From the NCBI GenBank assembly GCA_041651155.1, contig JBAZJU010000001.1, positions 91,932-155,931 of the forward strand: a DNA stretch of 64,000 nt, given 5' to 3'. Position numbers and translations under genes: made by a program. The notes beneath the pieces are model-generated. The model saw nothing but the letters and a program-made list of their open reading frames with translations. It was not told where the DNA came from and made no database searches. How positions within the stretch are numbered: the first letter of the stretch is position 1; every line of letters begins with the position of its first letter. This DNA comes from Patescibacteria group bacterium. Lineage in GTDB: Bacteria; Patescibacteriota; Patescibacteriia; CAIXNZ01. This document shows positions 29,164-39,201 of the stretch, piece by piece.

Positions 29164-29724
29164 TTAACTCTTTTTGGCAATAATAGCTGAAAAATTGGCA
29201 CCTTGTCTTTTAATTTCCTGTTCTGTTCTTATTTCTACTATTTGGTTAATTGAACTCACAAAATTTTCAATTAATTCTTTGGCTAATTCCGGATGAGCTT
29301 TCTCCCTGCCTTTTAAGATGACCAAAATGCTAATTTTATCGCCGCGGTTTAAAAATTTTTCAGCCTGATTAATTCTGACATCAAGGTCATGCTTGCCAAT
29401 GCGCGGTGAAAGGCGAATTTCTTTGAGCTCAACTTCTTTTTGCTGGGCTTTTTGCTTGCGGCTGGCTTTTTCCTGCTGGTACTTAAAACTGCTGTAATTG
29501 ATAAATTTAGTCACTGGCGGTTCAGCTTTGGGAGAAACAGCCACTAAATCTAATTCTCGCTCCTTAGCCATGGCAATCGCTTGCGCAGTCGGCATGACGC
29601 CAAGCATCTGGCCTTTTTCATCAATAACGCGGACAGAAAGAGAGCGGATTCGTTCATTAACCGGATATGTGTCTGGGATTTGTTGTCTTTGCGCTTGTCT
29701 ATGGCGGAAATGAATGCGTTTCAA
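29164..29724 (-). CDS. infC: translation initiation factor IF-3
   Basis: NERIRSLSVRVIDEKGQMLGVM...ERELDLVAVSP..PPVTKF and C-terminal IF3 domains. Confidence 0.9.
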   Translation of the reverse strand: MKRIHFRHRQAQRQQIPDTYPVNERIRSLSVRVIDEKGQMLGVMPTAQAIAMAKERELDLVAVSPKAEPPVTKFINYSSFKYQQEKASRKQKAQQKEVELKEIRLSPRIGKHDLDVRINQAEKFLNRGDKISILVILKGREKAHPELAKELIENFVSSINQIVEIRTEQEIKRQGANFSAIIAKKS

Positions 29725-29742
29725 TGTGGTGTAGGTTAATAA

Positions 29743-29985
29743 TTAAATTAATCGTTTATTTCTAAAAGCAATGCCTGAAGATGTTTTAAGATATCTTTCA
29801 AAGTTTAATGCTTTTTCTTTATTTTCAAATGCGCAGTAAAAAATTATTTTCCATGGTTTAAATGTGTCAGTATATTCCGAATTACCTTTATTATGATCAA
29901 TTAGTCTATTATCGATATTCTCGGAAAATCCTGTATATAATTTTTTAGGGAATTTGATGCTTTGGAGAATATAAACAAAAAACAT
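29743..29985 (-). CDS. GIY-YIG nuclease family protein (small URI-type)
   Basis: FFVYILQS...KLYTGFSENIDNRLIDHNKG...PWKIIFYCAFENKEKALNFERYLK. Length 80 aa. Confidence 0.75.
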   Translation of the reverse strand: MFFVYILQSIKFPKKLYTGFSENIDNRLIDHNKGNSEYTDTFKPWKIIFYCAFENKEKALNFERYLKTSSGIAFRNKRLI

Positions 29986-30160
29986 TGTTTCGTTTTTATT
30001 TTAAAAATTTTATTAAATAGCTCGTCATTTTAGTGGCGTGCCATTCGAAGCGCAGTAAAAAGATTTTAACTTGCCCTTCTTCGCTTATTCTTTGTTATTC
30101 TCTTAGCTAAAATCTTAAAGTTAATAAAGCTACGAAGGGCATTCTTCGCTGCGCGAAGAA

Positions 30161-30549
30161 TGGAGATGGCGGGAATTGAACCCGCGTCTAGAAAGCCTTT
30201 TAAAATACTTCTACAAGCTTATTTTAGATTAAAATTACGCCTTAAGATAATAATCTAAACAAAAATCTTAGGGCCTGCCTTAAATTTTTAGCTTAATAAC
30301 TTAAGGCTAAATTATTGAGCGAGCCTGAATTTATGGCACCCAATACCTTTTATCAGGCATCAAAGGCGTGGATGGTTGCTGTTTTAGTTAAACTGCAACT
30401 GACGCAAGGTTAAAAGCAAAAGCTGCTTTAACATTGCTTAATAAGTTTTTTGCACTTATTAGATTTCTATTTTTAGTTTTACGAGATTAAATAGCATGCT
30501 CGGCTTGCGATATTTTTAAAAGATCTTCCTATCGAGGCCTGTCATCCCC
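30161..30549 (-). ncRNA. ssrA: tmRNA (SsrA)
   Basis: On the - strand the 5' end is GGGGAUGACAGGCCUCGAU. The 3' end GCGGGUUCAAUUCCCGCCAUCUCCA gives the T-arm and an acceptor pairing with the 5' GGGGAUG. A 9-bp terminator hairpin (30141-30160) follows. smpB is the next gene upstream, with a TTACAAT-repeat promoter region at 30550-30630. Confidence 0.8.
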
Positions 30550-30630
30550 GAGTGACTATTGTAAAACAATTGTAAGAAAATTGTAAGACTATTGTTTTAC
30601 CAGGTCTTACAATTGTATTACTAACATTCA

Positions 30631-31083
30631 TTATCTGAATCTAGTTTTTAGGGCTCTTTGAACGCTTCGTTTTTCTTCTCTTTCTTTAATTGATCTGCGT
30701 TTATCAAAGAGTTTTTTTCCTTTGGCTAAGGCTAGCTCTAATTTGATTTTCTTATGCTTAGTATACAATGAAAGCGGGATTAAGGTCAAGCCTATTTGCT
30801 GTAATCTTACAGTTAAAAAGTGAATTTCTTTTTTATTTAGTAATAATTTCCTTGAGCGCGTAGGATCATAGTTTGGTAATGGTCCTGCCATTTTATAGGC
30901 TGGCACATTGGCATTGATTAAATATAGTTCGTTTTGATGCAGAGTCACATAAGCGCCTTGTAAGCTGGCATGGCCAGCTCTGATTGATTTTACTTCTTGC
31001 CCTGTTAAAACTAAGCCAGCCTCGAAAGTATCCAGGATTTGGAAATCAAATTTAGCTCGTTTGTTAAGGGTTAAGACTGTCAT
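30631..31083 (-). CDS. smpB: SsrA-binding protein
   Basis: KFDFQILDTFEAGLVLTGQEVKSIRAG...LLLNKKEI: a full-length SmpB. Confidence 0.9.
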   Translation of the reverse strand: MTVLTLNKRAKFDFQILDTFEAGLVLTGQEVKSIRAGHASLQGAYVTLHQNELYLINANVPAYKMAGPLPNYDPTRSRKLLLNKKEIHFLTVRLQQIGLTLIPLSLYTKHKKIKLELALAKGKKLFDKRRSIKEREEKRSVQRALKTRFR

Positions 31084-31380
31084 ACTTTTTGCTTAATGCT
31101 TATATTTTATAATATCCTATTTTTAACAAATAAAGAAGGCAAAAACCTTCTTTTTAAGTCTGAACAGCAAATTGCTGGTCACAGAGCCAAATAAGGAAGT
31201 CAGCTTTGGTTTTAGCCTCGCTGACTTGGGTAATAGTTTTTTCTTAAGGCCTGTAAACAGCAACCTGTTGTTCAGTCAATGGTAATTGCTAAAATTAGCA
31301 TATTTTTTTATTTTTGTCAAGGTTTGACCAATTGGCATTTTTTTCGTATAATAAAATTAGTTAATTATTAATCAAGTTAT

Positions 31381-32439
31381 ATGGATTCAGCCAATTCTAA
31401 GAAGATTAATCTGGATATATCAACCTCATCAATAATTAAAGTATTAGTCGTAATTTTTTTAGTCTGGATTTTGTATTTAATCAGAGACGTAGTGGCGATT
31501 TTGCTTTTTGCCTTTATTTTCGTGTCAATTCTTGAACCTGCGGTCAACTGGTTGCGAGCCAGAAAGATCCCCAGGACTTTATCAGTAATCTTGATATATT
31601 TAGTTTTATTAGCGGTTTTAGGTCTGATTATCGCTCTGATAATTCCGCCGATTAACGATCAAATTGATCAAATCTCAAATTCTTTCCCGGCCTATTGGCA
31701 AAAATTTAATTTGGAATTCGGCAATATCAGCCAGTTTTTAAACCAATACGGAATCGGCCAGGAAATTGAAAATGCAATTGTTAATTTAAAATATAATATT
31801 CCGCAGACAACGAGCGGCTTATTTTCTCAGGTTGGCCAATTTTTCTCTGGGGTATTTTCAGTCTTTATCATTTTAGTCATTATTTTTTATAGTTTGGCAG
31901 AAGAAAATGCGACCAAAAGGATTTTTCGTTCCATCTTGCCCAGCCAATATCTGCCTTATACTTATCAAGTTTTCAGCCGTATCCAAAACAAATTGGGTCT
32001 TTGGTTGCGGGGCCAATTAATATTAAGCTTAATTGTGTTTCTTTTGGTTTATATCGGGCTTTTATTTTTAGGCGTCAGATATGCGTTAATTTTAGGCATT
32101 ATTGCCGGCCTGGTAGAATTTGTACCCTATATCGGTCCGATTATGTCTGGCATTTTGGCTGTGACCCTGACGTTTTTTCAGTCGCCAATCAGCGCGCTCT
32201 TAGTTTTAATTTTATATGTTGCCATCCAATTAGTGCAAAATAATATCCTCACTCCTAAAATTATGCAAAGGGCAGTGGGCTTGAATCCGGTTGTGAGCAT
32301 TGTGGCATTACTCATTGGCGGTAATTTAGGCGGAGTAATTGGGGCAATATTAGCTATCCCATTAGCCACTGCCTTGAGTGTCTTTGCTCAGGATTTTTTG
32401 GAAAAGAAGAGGGCGCGTGAATTAACGCTTGAAGAATAA
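31381..32439 (+). CDS. AI-2E family transporter (PerM/YhhT-like permease)
   Basis: Eight TM helices and the conserved LVEFVPYIGPIMSGI and GGVIGAILAIPLA segments. Confidence 0.7.
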   Translation: MDSANSKKINLDISTSSIIKVLVVIFLVWILYLIRDVVAILLFAFIFVSILEPAVNWLRARKIPRTLSVILIYLVLLAVLGLIIALIIPPINDQIDQISNSFPAYWQKFNLEFGNISQFLNQYGIGQEIENAIVNLKYNIPQTTSGLFSQVGQFFSGVFSVFIILVIIFYSLAEENATKRIFRSILPSQYLPYTYQVFSRIQNKLGLWLRGQLILSLIVFLLVYIGLLFLGVRYALILGIIAGLVEFVPYIGPIMSGILAVTLTFFQSPISALLVLILYVAIQLVQNNILTPKIMQRAVGLNPVVSIVALLIGGNLGGVIGAILAIPLATALSVFAQDFLEKKRARELTLEE

Positions 32440-33205
32440 TTTTTTTAAAATGACAAGAATAGATGAAAATAATAACCACAGCAATATCAGCGATTTGGAA
32501 GCTGAGGTGGAAAAATTAAAAAAGACTTTAAAACGCAAGAAAAATAAGAAATTTTTCAATTGCGGCTCTTGTTTGCTGTTTTTTATTTTATTTTTGCTGA
32601 TAAGCGGCTTGGTCGGGGCTTATTATGTATCTCTTAGCGGATTGATAGAAGTACCTTATTTTACCAAAAAGTTCTATCATGAGCCCAGGCCAAGTTATTT
32701 AGTCAATGCTGTAAATTTAGGAGTGGCTCAGAAAGATTTTATTCAGGTTCTGGAAGCTGAAGCTAAAAAACAGGTTTTGCTGCAGAAAAAGACCACTAAT
32801 TTGAAGCTGAATTTGGGAATTAGCGAGGGGCAATTGTCAGCTATGCTCAGGGAACAAGCGCAGAAAAACGAAGCCTTGAACCAAAGGATTGAATATATCC
32901 AGTCTGCGGTTTTACCCGATGAATTGGAAGTATTTGCCAAGCTAAAAGAGCCCAAATTGTTTATTACCTTCAATATAAAGCCAACAATTGAAGATAAGGC
33001 ATTAAAATTAAAAACTGATAATTTCAAAATCGGGAACTTGCCAATGCCAAAATTTATTGGTAATATGATTATTACTAATTTTGCGGCCAAAAGCATAAAT
33101 CAATTATTAGCCTCATTCTCAAGTATATTTGAAATTACGGCCATAAAATTAGAGGCCAAAATGGTCTCGCTGGAGATACTTGTTAAAAATTTAAATTTTA
33201 ATTAG
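32429..33205 (+). CDS. Hypothetical membrane-anchored coiled-coil protein
   Basis: One TM helix and a charged helical region. It overlaps the upstream gene by 11 nt. Confidence 0.4.
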   Translation: MKNNFFKMTRIDENNNHSNISDLEAEVEKLKKTLKRKKNKKFFNCGSCLLFFILFLLISGLVGAYYVSLSGLIEVPYFTKKFYHEPRPSYLVNAVNLGVAQKDFIQVLEAEAKKQVLLQKKTTNLKLNLGISEGQLSAMLREQAQKNEALNQRIEYIQSAVLPDELEVFAKLKEPKLFITFNIKPTIEDKALKLKTDNFKIGNLPMPKFIGNMIITNFAAKSINQLLASFSSIFEITAIKLEAKMVSLEILVKNLNFN

Positions 33206-33206
33206 A

Positions 33207-33968
33207 ATGCTTTTTCGAAAAATAATAGTATTTTTTTGTCCGTTATTGTTATTTTCGGCTTTGGAATTAATGTTTTTTAATATTAGTCTGCTGCCATATT
33301 GCCTGGCATTTAGCGCCTTGATATTATTTATAGCCTTGAAATATTTAATTAAAGGCAAATTGCTGAGCTTTGAATTTCTATATTTAAGCCTTTTGCCTTT
33401 TTTATTCCTGATTACGACTGTGTTTTTCCTTTTTATTTTAAATGATAATTGGATCAGGCATGCTATTATTGCCAGTTTCGTCATTATTTCAGGCTTTTAT
33501 TTGGAAAATATTTTCCTTTATTTTAATCAGCCTGACGTCTATCAGCTTGAAACCCTGGAAAATTTTTCCAGTTTTTTAATTCTTATCATTTTTTTTCTGC
33601 TGGCGGTTAATCTGAACTCACTAAGTGTTTTTATTAATTTGCCGCTCTGGCTGCTTTCAATAATTTTGCTAATTTGTCTGACGCTTTTACTCCTGGCCGG
33701 CTTTTGGTTCGGCAAATTAAAACATGAGCTAAAAACCGTTTATCTTCTGATTATAAATATAATAATATTAGAAGTATTCTGGGGTTTGTCTTTTTTGCCC
33801 ACAAACTTTTATGTCAGCAGCATTATTTTAACGATTTTTTTCTATTTTTCATGGGGAATAATAAAGGCAAAATTACATGATGAATTAGACAGGAAAAACA
33901 TCTGGCGTTACCTGGCGATAAGCTCAATTTTGATATTTTTAATAATTATAACTTCGTCTTGGATATAA
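33207..33968 (+). CDS. hypothetical polytopic membrane protein
   Basis: About 8 TM helices. No motif. Confidence 0.4.
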   Translation: MLFRKIIVFFCPLLLFSALELMFFNISLLPYCLAFSALILFIALKYLIKGKLLSFEFLYLSLLPFLFLITTVFFLFILNDNWIRHAIIASFVIISGFYLENIFLYFNQPDVYQLETLENFSSFLILIIFFLLAVNLNSLSVFINLPLWLLSIILLICLTLLLLAGFWFGKLKHELKTVYLLIINIIILEVFWGLSFLPTNFYVSSIILTIFFYFSWGIIKAKLHDELDRKNIWRYLAISSILIFLIIITSSWI

Positions 33969-33988
33969 AAAATTAACCTAATCATCAT

Positions 33989-35146
33989 ATGGAACAAGAA
34001 GCAAAGAAAGCAAAAAAAGGTTTTAAATTATTTGGCGTAATCGTGCTGATCATTGTAGCGGGTTTTGTTGCCGGCTTGAGCGGAGAATTTATAGCGCGTT
34101 ATTATTTGTCTAATGTGGCTTTTTTCAGGGATTTGTATTTTACAGGAAGTACAAATCAAACCCAGGGTGAAATAGTGATCAATGATCCAAGGAAAGTGGT
34201 CGTAGAGCAGGATTTAAGATTGAGCCAGATTAAAAATGAAATTCGCCCCTCGGTCTTAAATATTTATAGCCGTCAAAAAGATAATAAAAATTTGCTTGAT
34301 AATATATTTTTGCCTGAAGATTTTTTAGGCCAGGCAATAGTGCTGACCAGCGACGGCTGGCTGATTAGCAATGCAAATGTCAGTCTTGGCTCGCAAACAG
34401 GCGTAGTCATTGGCGAAAATAAAAAAATATACAAGATTGAAAAAATCATACAAGATCCAGCCAGCAGCATTAATTTTATAAAAATTAATGCGCAAAATTT
34501 GTCTGTCGCCAAACTGGCGGACATTAGTAAAATTACCGATGGGGAACAATTAGTCGCTTATAATAGTTTTTCTAATATATTTAATTTAGCCAATATCTCC
34601 AATGGGAAATATAAAGAGATTAGCAGCCGTTATGATTATATCAACTCAACCCAGATTTTAGATAAAGCTATCTTATTAAATAAAAATTTAGGTTCTGACT
34701 TTGTAAGCGCGCCAATTTTTAATTTCCAGTCAGAATTAATTGGATTTATATACAATTCCGCTAATACAGCCAATAAAGTTATTCCCATCAATTATATTGA
34801 TCCAATCATAAACCAGGTATTGAAAGGCGAAAAAATTACCAGGCCATATTTGGGAATTAATTATATTGATTTAGCCCAGGTAGACGGTTTAGATGAAACT
34901 GTCAGGCAAGGCGCGATAAATGGAGCCTTGATCTGGCCCAATCAAAAGGGGATTGCTATCGCCGCTGACAGTCCTTTAACCGGTAAATTAGTAAAAGGCG
35001 ATATAATTACCAGTTTTGAAAATCAAGCACTGGATGCCAATAATAACTTAAATGACTTGCTTTTAGAATATAAAAGCGGCCAGCAAGTAAGCATTAAATA
35101 TTTGCACGAACAAAAAGCAGCTGAAATCAGCATTGTCTTGAAATAA
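33989..35146 (+). CDS. HtrA/DegP-like (S1C fold) protein with a C-terminal PDZ domain; catalytic His and Ser appear substituted
   Basis: An N-terminal TM helix. SNANV sits where TNAHVV is expected. GSDFVSAPIF sits where GNSGGPL is expected. A PDZ-like KGDIITSFENQAL follows. Confidence 0.4.
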   Translation: MEQEAKKAKKGFKLFGVIVLIIVAGFVAGLSGEFIARYYLSNVAFFRDLYFTGSTNQTQGEIVINDPRKVVVEQDLRLSQIKNEIRPSVLNIYSRQKDNKNLLDNIFLPEDFLGQAIVLTSDGWLISNANVSLGSQTGVVIGENKKIYKIEKIIQDPASSINFIKINAQNLSVAKLADISKITDGEQLVAYNSFSNIFNLANISNGKYKEISSRYDYINSTQILDKAILLNKNLGSDFVSAPIFNFQSELIGFIYNSANTANKVIPINYIDPIINQVLKGEKITRPYLGINYIDLAQVDGLDETVRQGAINGALIWPNQKGIAIAADSPLTGKLVKGDIITSFENQALDANNNLNDLLLEYKSGQQVSIKYLHEQKAAEISIVLK

Positions 35147-35195
35147 ACATTGGATATATACCTCTAACTTTAGCCCTAAAAGGTTATTTTAGAAC

Positions 35196-35224
35196 AAAAG
35201 ACTCTTATTGAAAGAGTTTTTTTG
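35196..35224 (+). terminator. rho-independent terminator
   Basis: actctt-attga-aagagt followed by a run of 6-7 T. Confidence 0.6.
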
Positions 35225-35236
35225 TTTGCGTTGGTC

Positions 35237-35265
35237 TTGACAAACTTTAGATTATGTGATATGAT
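35237..35265 (+). promoter_or_regulatory. sigma70-type promoter TTGACA-N17-TATGAT for the polysaccharide cluster
   Basis: A near-consensus -35 and -10 with exact 17-nt spacing. Confidence 0.55.
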
Positions 35266-35322
35266 TTTAAATCAAATAATAACTTATTCAGGAAGCTATT
35301 TCCTGGGATAAATTTAAATTTT

Positions 35323-36135
35323 ATGGAAAACTTACAATATTCAAAAATTTTAAGAACAAATTGGGACATTGTGGCTTTAATCATAGGCATTACAATGGTT
35401 TTATCATTGATAATCAGCTTAGTTCAGCCATTCCAATATTCAGCCGGCACCCAGATTTTAATTATTCAAAAACAAGAATTAAATACTGATGCCTATACAG
35501 CTACTAAATCAGCCGAAACAATCGGTAAAAATTTAGCTGGCATTATTTATACCTCGTCTTTTTATAACGAAGTTATTGAATCAAACAGCGCCTTGGCCGG
35601 TAAATTTCCCCAGGATAGCATTGAACGAAGAAAGGAATGGAAAAAGAATGTGAAGGCGATTGTGTTGCCAGAAACCGGCATGTTGGAAATTGATGTTTAT
35701 GATGCTGACCGGAATTTTGCTTCTCAACTAGCCAGAAATATTTCTTATGTCTTAGTTAATAAAGGCTCTGAATACCATGGCGGCGGTACAAATGTGGAAA
35801 TTAAAGTGGTTGATGATGTTTTTATCAGCAAATATCCAGTCAAGCCAAATGTCATCTTAAATAGTTTATTGGCTTTAATAATCGGCTTTATCTTAGGCAG
35901 TATTTTTGTGATTTTGAATGAAGCCAGCAAATTAAATAAAAATACAAATACAAATCTAATCTCAGAGCTAGATAAACCTAAAGAAATTGAGGCTAATGAA
36001 AAATTAGTAAATAACTATGAAGTAATTCGGGCTAATCTTGAGAAAGATTTTGGGTTTGTGTCTGAAGCAGAAACCCCAGCTCCTGTAGCTGAAAGGAAGA
36101 TAGAAATCAGAACAATGTATGACCATTTGCAATAA
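35323..36135 (+). CDS. Wzz-like polysaccharide chain-length determinant protein
   Basis: An N-terminal TM helix after ILRTNWDIV, a periplasmic region and a C-terminal TM helix, matching Wzz topology. Confidence 0.5.
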   Translation: MENLQYSKILRTNWDIVALIIGITMVLSLIISLVQPFQYSAGTQILIIQKQELNTDAYTATKSAETIGKNLAGIIYTSSFYNEVIESNSALAGKFPQDSIERRKEWKKNVKAIVLPETGMLEIDVYDADRNFASQLARNISYVLVNKGSEYHGGGTNVEIKVVDDVFISKYPVKPNVILNSLLALIIGFILGSIFVILNEASKLNKNTNTNLISELDKPKEIEANEKLVNNYEVIRANLEKDFGFVSEAETPAPVAERKIEIRTMYDHLQ

Positions 36136-36165
36136 ATTTAATAAACTTAAATAATTTCAACAAAT

Positions 36166-36201
36166 CACCCTTAGCCGTATGGCAGGGGTGTTTTGTTTTT
36201 T
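36166..36201 (+). terminator. Terminator-like hairpin plus T-run
   Basis: caccc...ggggtg followed by ttttgtttttt. Confidence 0.4.
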
Positions 36202-36212
36202 GGGCCTAAAAT

Positions 36213-36241
36213 TTGACAAAAATTAAAAATTGTGTTAGAAT
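36213..36241 (+). promoter_or_regulatory. sigma70-type promoter TTGACA-N17-TAGAAT
   Basis: The ORF-track TTG start at 36213 is actually the -35 box. The true start is the ATG at 36276. Confidence 0.5.
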
Positions 36242-36275
36242 TAAGATATTATTATATATATCTATTTTCTCAAAT

Positions 36276-37262
36276 ATGGCTAATCTTAGACTGCCAAATG
36301 ATTTGGTTTTGGCAATTACCTATAATTGCAATTCAAAATGCCGCATGTGCAATATCTGGAAAACAGAGCAAATGCCAGTTTTAGATTTGGCAGAATATAA
36401 AAAATTGCCCCAGAACTTAAAAGAAGTAAATATAACTGGCGGTGAGCCATTTCTTAGCCCTAATTTAATTGAAATAATCAAAATATTAGTAAACCTAAAT
36501 CCTCTGGTTAGGATTATTATTTCAACTAATGGCTTTGCTACGGAATTAATCAAGACCAAGATGCAGGAAATTTTAAAAATTAAGCCTGATATTGGCCTGG
36601 GGGTTTCAGTAGATGGCATAGGCGCAGCTCATGATCAGATAAGAGGTATTTCCGACGGTTTTGACAAGGTTATGGCTACGATTAAGGCACTTCAAGCCAT
36701 GGAGGTAAAGGATTTACGCTTGGCCTTTACGGCCGGGGATTATAATATCTTAGAATTAAATAAGGTTTATAAATTAGCCCAGGAATTAGGCGTGGAATTT
36801 AGCTTGGCTGCGATTCACAATGCTGATAATTATTTTAATACCGTAGACAATCAGATTAACCGGATTGAAGATTTTAAAAAAGAATTTAGGCGCTTGATTC
36901 AGGCTGAATTAAAATCATGGAATTATAAAAAATGGCTGCGCGCGTATTTTGCCTATGCGCTATTAAGATTTATTGAAACAAAAAAAAGATTACTGCCAAA
37001 TTATTCCGGCCGAGATAATGTATTTATTGATCCGCTCGGCGATGTTTACCCGGCTGATGTATCCGGTCATTTAATGGGTAATTTGAAAGATTTCCCTAAT
37101 TTTAAGGAGCTGTATGATTCAAAGCGAGCTCAGGAAGCAATTGCTTTAGAAAAATTAGATCAAAACTGGATGATTTGCACAGCCAGAAGCGCTATAAAAA
37201 GACATCCTGTGGCGATTATAGCCTGGATCTTAAAAAATAAGCTTTGGGGAGCAAAATTATAA
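36276..37262 (+). CDS. radical SAM enzyme
   Basis: The CNSKCRMCNIW CxxxCxxC cluster, about 25 aa from the proposed start at MANLRL. The ORF track extends it to 36213. Confidence 0.7.
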   Translation: MANLRLPNDLVLAITYNCNSKCRMCNIWKTEQMPVLDLAEYKKLPQNLKEVNITGGEPFLSPNLIEIIKILVNLNPLVRIIISTNGFATELIKTKMQEILKIKPDIGLGVSVDGIGAAHDQIRGISDGFDKVMATIKALQAMEVKDLRLAFTAGDYNILELNKVYKLAQELGVEFSLAAIHNADNYFNTVDNQINRIEDFKKEFRRLIQAELKSWNYKKWLRAYFAYALLRFIETKKRLLPNYSGRDNVFIDPLGDVYPADVSGHLMGNLKDFPNFKELYDSKRAQEAIALEKLDQNWMICTARSAIKRHPVAIIAWILKNKLWGAKL

Positions 37263-37263
37263 T

Positions 37264-38646
37264 ATGGCTTTAATTAAAAATAAAATATTTTGGCTAATCA
37301 TAATTCTGGCAGCTCTTATAACCGCCAGTCTTAGCCTGACCAATGAAGGGTCATGGTATCCTTTAATTTTTTTAATTTTTATTTTGCTGTTTTTAATTTT
37401 TTTAAGCCGTCCAGAACTGGGCATTTACCTGATCGCTTTATTATTCCCTTATAATGACTGGCTGTTTATTTATTATGAATATAATATTCCTTATGTTGAT
37501 TTAATTGCTTTGCTTCTTTTTATAGCCTGGTTGGCTAGAGTAATATATTTATATCTGGAAAAACGTGAAAAATTAAGCCTGAAAAATTTTCCTCTTTTAG
37601 GCTTGATGCTTGTTTTTATAATCGCTTCATTTTTATCCTTATTAAATATAGAGGGGCAATGGTTGTTGATGGGCATAAAATACATTTTTAGGCCGATAAT
37701 TTTCTTTTATCTCATGTTTGTGATTTTGCCGTTTAATATCATTGATAATTATAAAAAGCTGGACAATACCTTTAAAATCATATGTTTTACGGGCATGATC
37801 TTAGCTTTTATCGGTATCGTCTCTTTAATTATTCCTCCGTTTGAAAATATTAATAGGGCAATGCCAATTTCTATTTTTGGCATCTGGCCTTTAGGCAGCA
37901 ATCAAAATGCTTTGGCTGAAATTTTTGTCGTGACCATACCGCTGGCTTTGATTTTATTTTGGAAAGAAAAAGATATTTTTATGAAAGCAGTCTATTTAAT
38001 CTGCGTATTATTAATGGCAGGCGTGAATATGCTGACTTTGTCCAGAGCAGGTTGGATTGCTTTTGCTATGGAATTATTATTGTTAGTGATTTTAAAATAT
38101 CGCCATGAAGTCAAAAAATTTTTTACCAACTCTTTGTCTTATATAATTGGCTTACTGCTTGTCCCTGTTATTTATTTAATGTATCAATTGTTTGCTTCAG
38201 GTATAGTTTCTGCATCAGATTCAAACCGTTTAAAATTAATTGATATTGCTCTGACCTTATTCAGCAGCCATCCTTTTTTGGGCAATGGGGCGGGAACTTT
38301 TACTTTAATTTTAGGGCAAATCAGGTGGTATCTGATTGAATATGGAGGGGTACTTGATGCCCATAGCTATTTATTTAAAACATTGGCTGAAACAGGCGTA
38401 GTCGGAACTTTAAGTTTTATCGCGCTTTTAGCTTATGTTTGTTATATTATATTCAGAGGTTATATTAAAGCTAAAGATAGCCAGGCGTCGTTAGTTATTT
38501 TGGGCTGTTTTTTGGCAGTAATCGGCGCTTTCATATTCCAATTTTTTGGCACAAGCTACTATTTAGCCAAGATGTGGCTGCCAGTAGGATTGGCGTTGGC
38601 AAGTTTACAAATTTTTAATTTATATAAAGTAAAATTATTTACATAA
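37264..38646 (+). CDS. O-antigen ligase/polymerase family membrane protein (Wzy_C-like)
   Basis: About 10-12 TM helices and a large periplasmic loop late in the protein. Context is a glycan cluster. Confidence 0.5.
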   Translation: MALIKNKIFWLIIILAALITASLSLTNEGSWYPLIFLIFILLFLIFLSRPELGIYLIALLFPYNDWLFIYYEYNIPYVDLIALLLFIAWLARVIYLYLEKREKLSLKNFPLLGLMLVFIIASFLSLLNIEGQWLLMGIKYIFRPIIFFYLMFVILPFNIIDNYKKLDNTFKIICFTGMILAFIGIVSLIIPPFENINRAMPISIFGIWPLGSNQNALAEIFVVTIPLALILFWKEKDIFMKAVYLICVLLMAGVNMLTLSRAGWIAFAMELLLLVILKYRHEVKKFFTNSLSYIIGLLLVPVIYLMYQLFASGIVSASDSNRLKLIDIALTLFSSHPFLGNGAGTFTLILGQIRWYLIEYGGVLDAHSYLFKTLAETGVVGTLSFIALLAYVCYIIFRGYIKAKDSQASLVILGCFLAVIGAFIFQFFGTSYYLAKMWLPVGLALASLQIFNLYKVKLFT

Positions 38647-38650
38647 TTAT

Positions 38651-39193
38651 ATGATTTTAAAAGACATTAAACGAATTTGCGGATTAAACCAATGGTCGGG
38701 TCTAAAAAAGATTAAAATTATTTTTATGCCTGGTTTTTGGGCTATTTTAGTTTACCGTTATGGTAATTTTTTTACTCGCTTAAATATTCCGGTCATTAAA
38801 CAACTTGGTTTGATTGCCTATTTTCCTTTTAAAATTTTAGTGGAAATTTTTTGGGGCGTTTCAATTTCACGGAAAGCAAAAATTGGTCCTGGATTTTTTA
38901 TAAATCATTTTGGCTGTATTTTTATCCATTTTGACGCGCAACTAGGCCAGGACTGCGTTATTAGCCAGGAAGTGACAATTGGCGTCAAAGGCTGGGATAC
39001 TCATGCTGGCGCGCCAAAAATCGGAGATAGAGTCAGAATCGGGCCGGGCGCTAAAATTTTAGGTCCCATTACGATCGGAGATAATTCAATCATTGGCGCT
39101 AATGCTGTCGTGACTAAAGATGTGGAGGCAAATAGCGTGGTTGGCGGAGTGCCTGCAAAATTTATTAAAACAAATCTAGTCTTAAATCCTTAA
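38651..39193 (+). CDS. Hexapeptide-repeat acetyltransferase (CysE/NodL-like left-handed beta-helix)
   Basis: The [LIV]G..[STAV]x[LIV] repeats in IGPGAKILGPITIGDNSIIGANAVV. Confidence 0.7.
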   Translation: MILKDIKRICGLNQWSGLKKIKIIFMPGFWAILVYRYGNFFTRLNIPVIKQLGLIAYFPFKILVEIFWGVSISRKAKIGPGFFINHFGCIFIHFDAQLGQDCVISQEVTIGVKGWDTHAGAPKIGDRVRIGPGAKILGPITIGDNSIIGANAVVTKDVEANSVVGGVPAKFIKTNLVLNP

Positions 39194-39201
39194 ATAAATT
39201 T

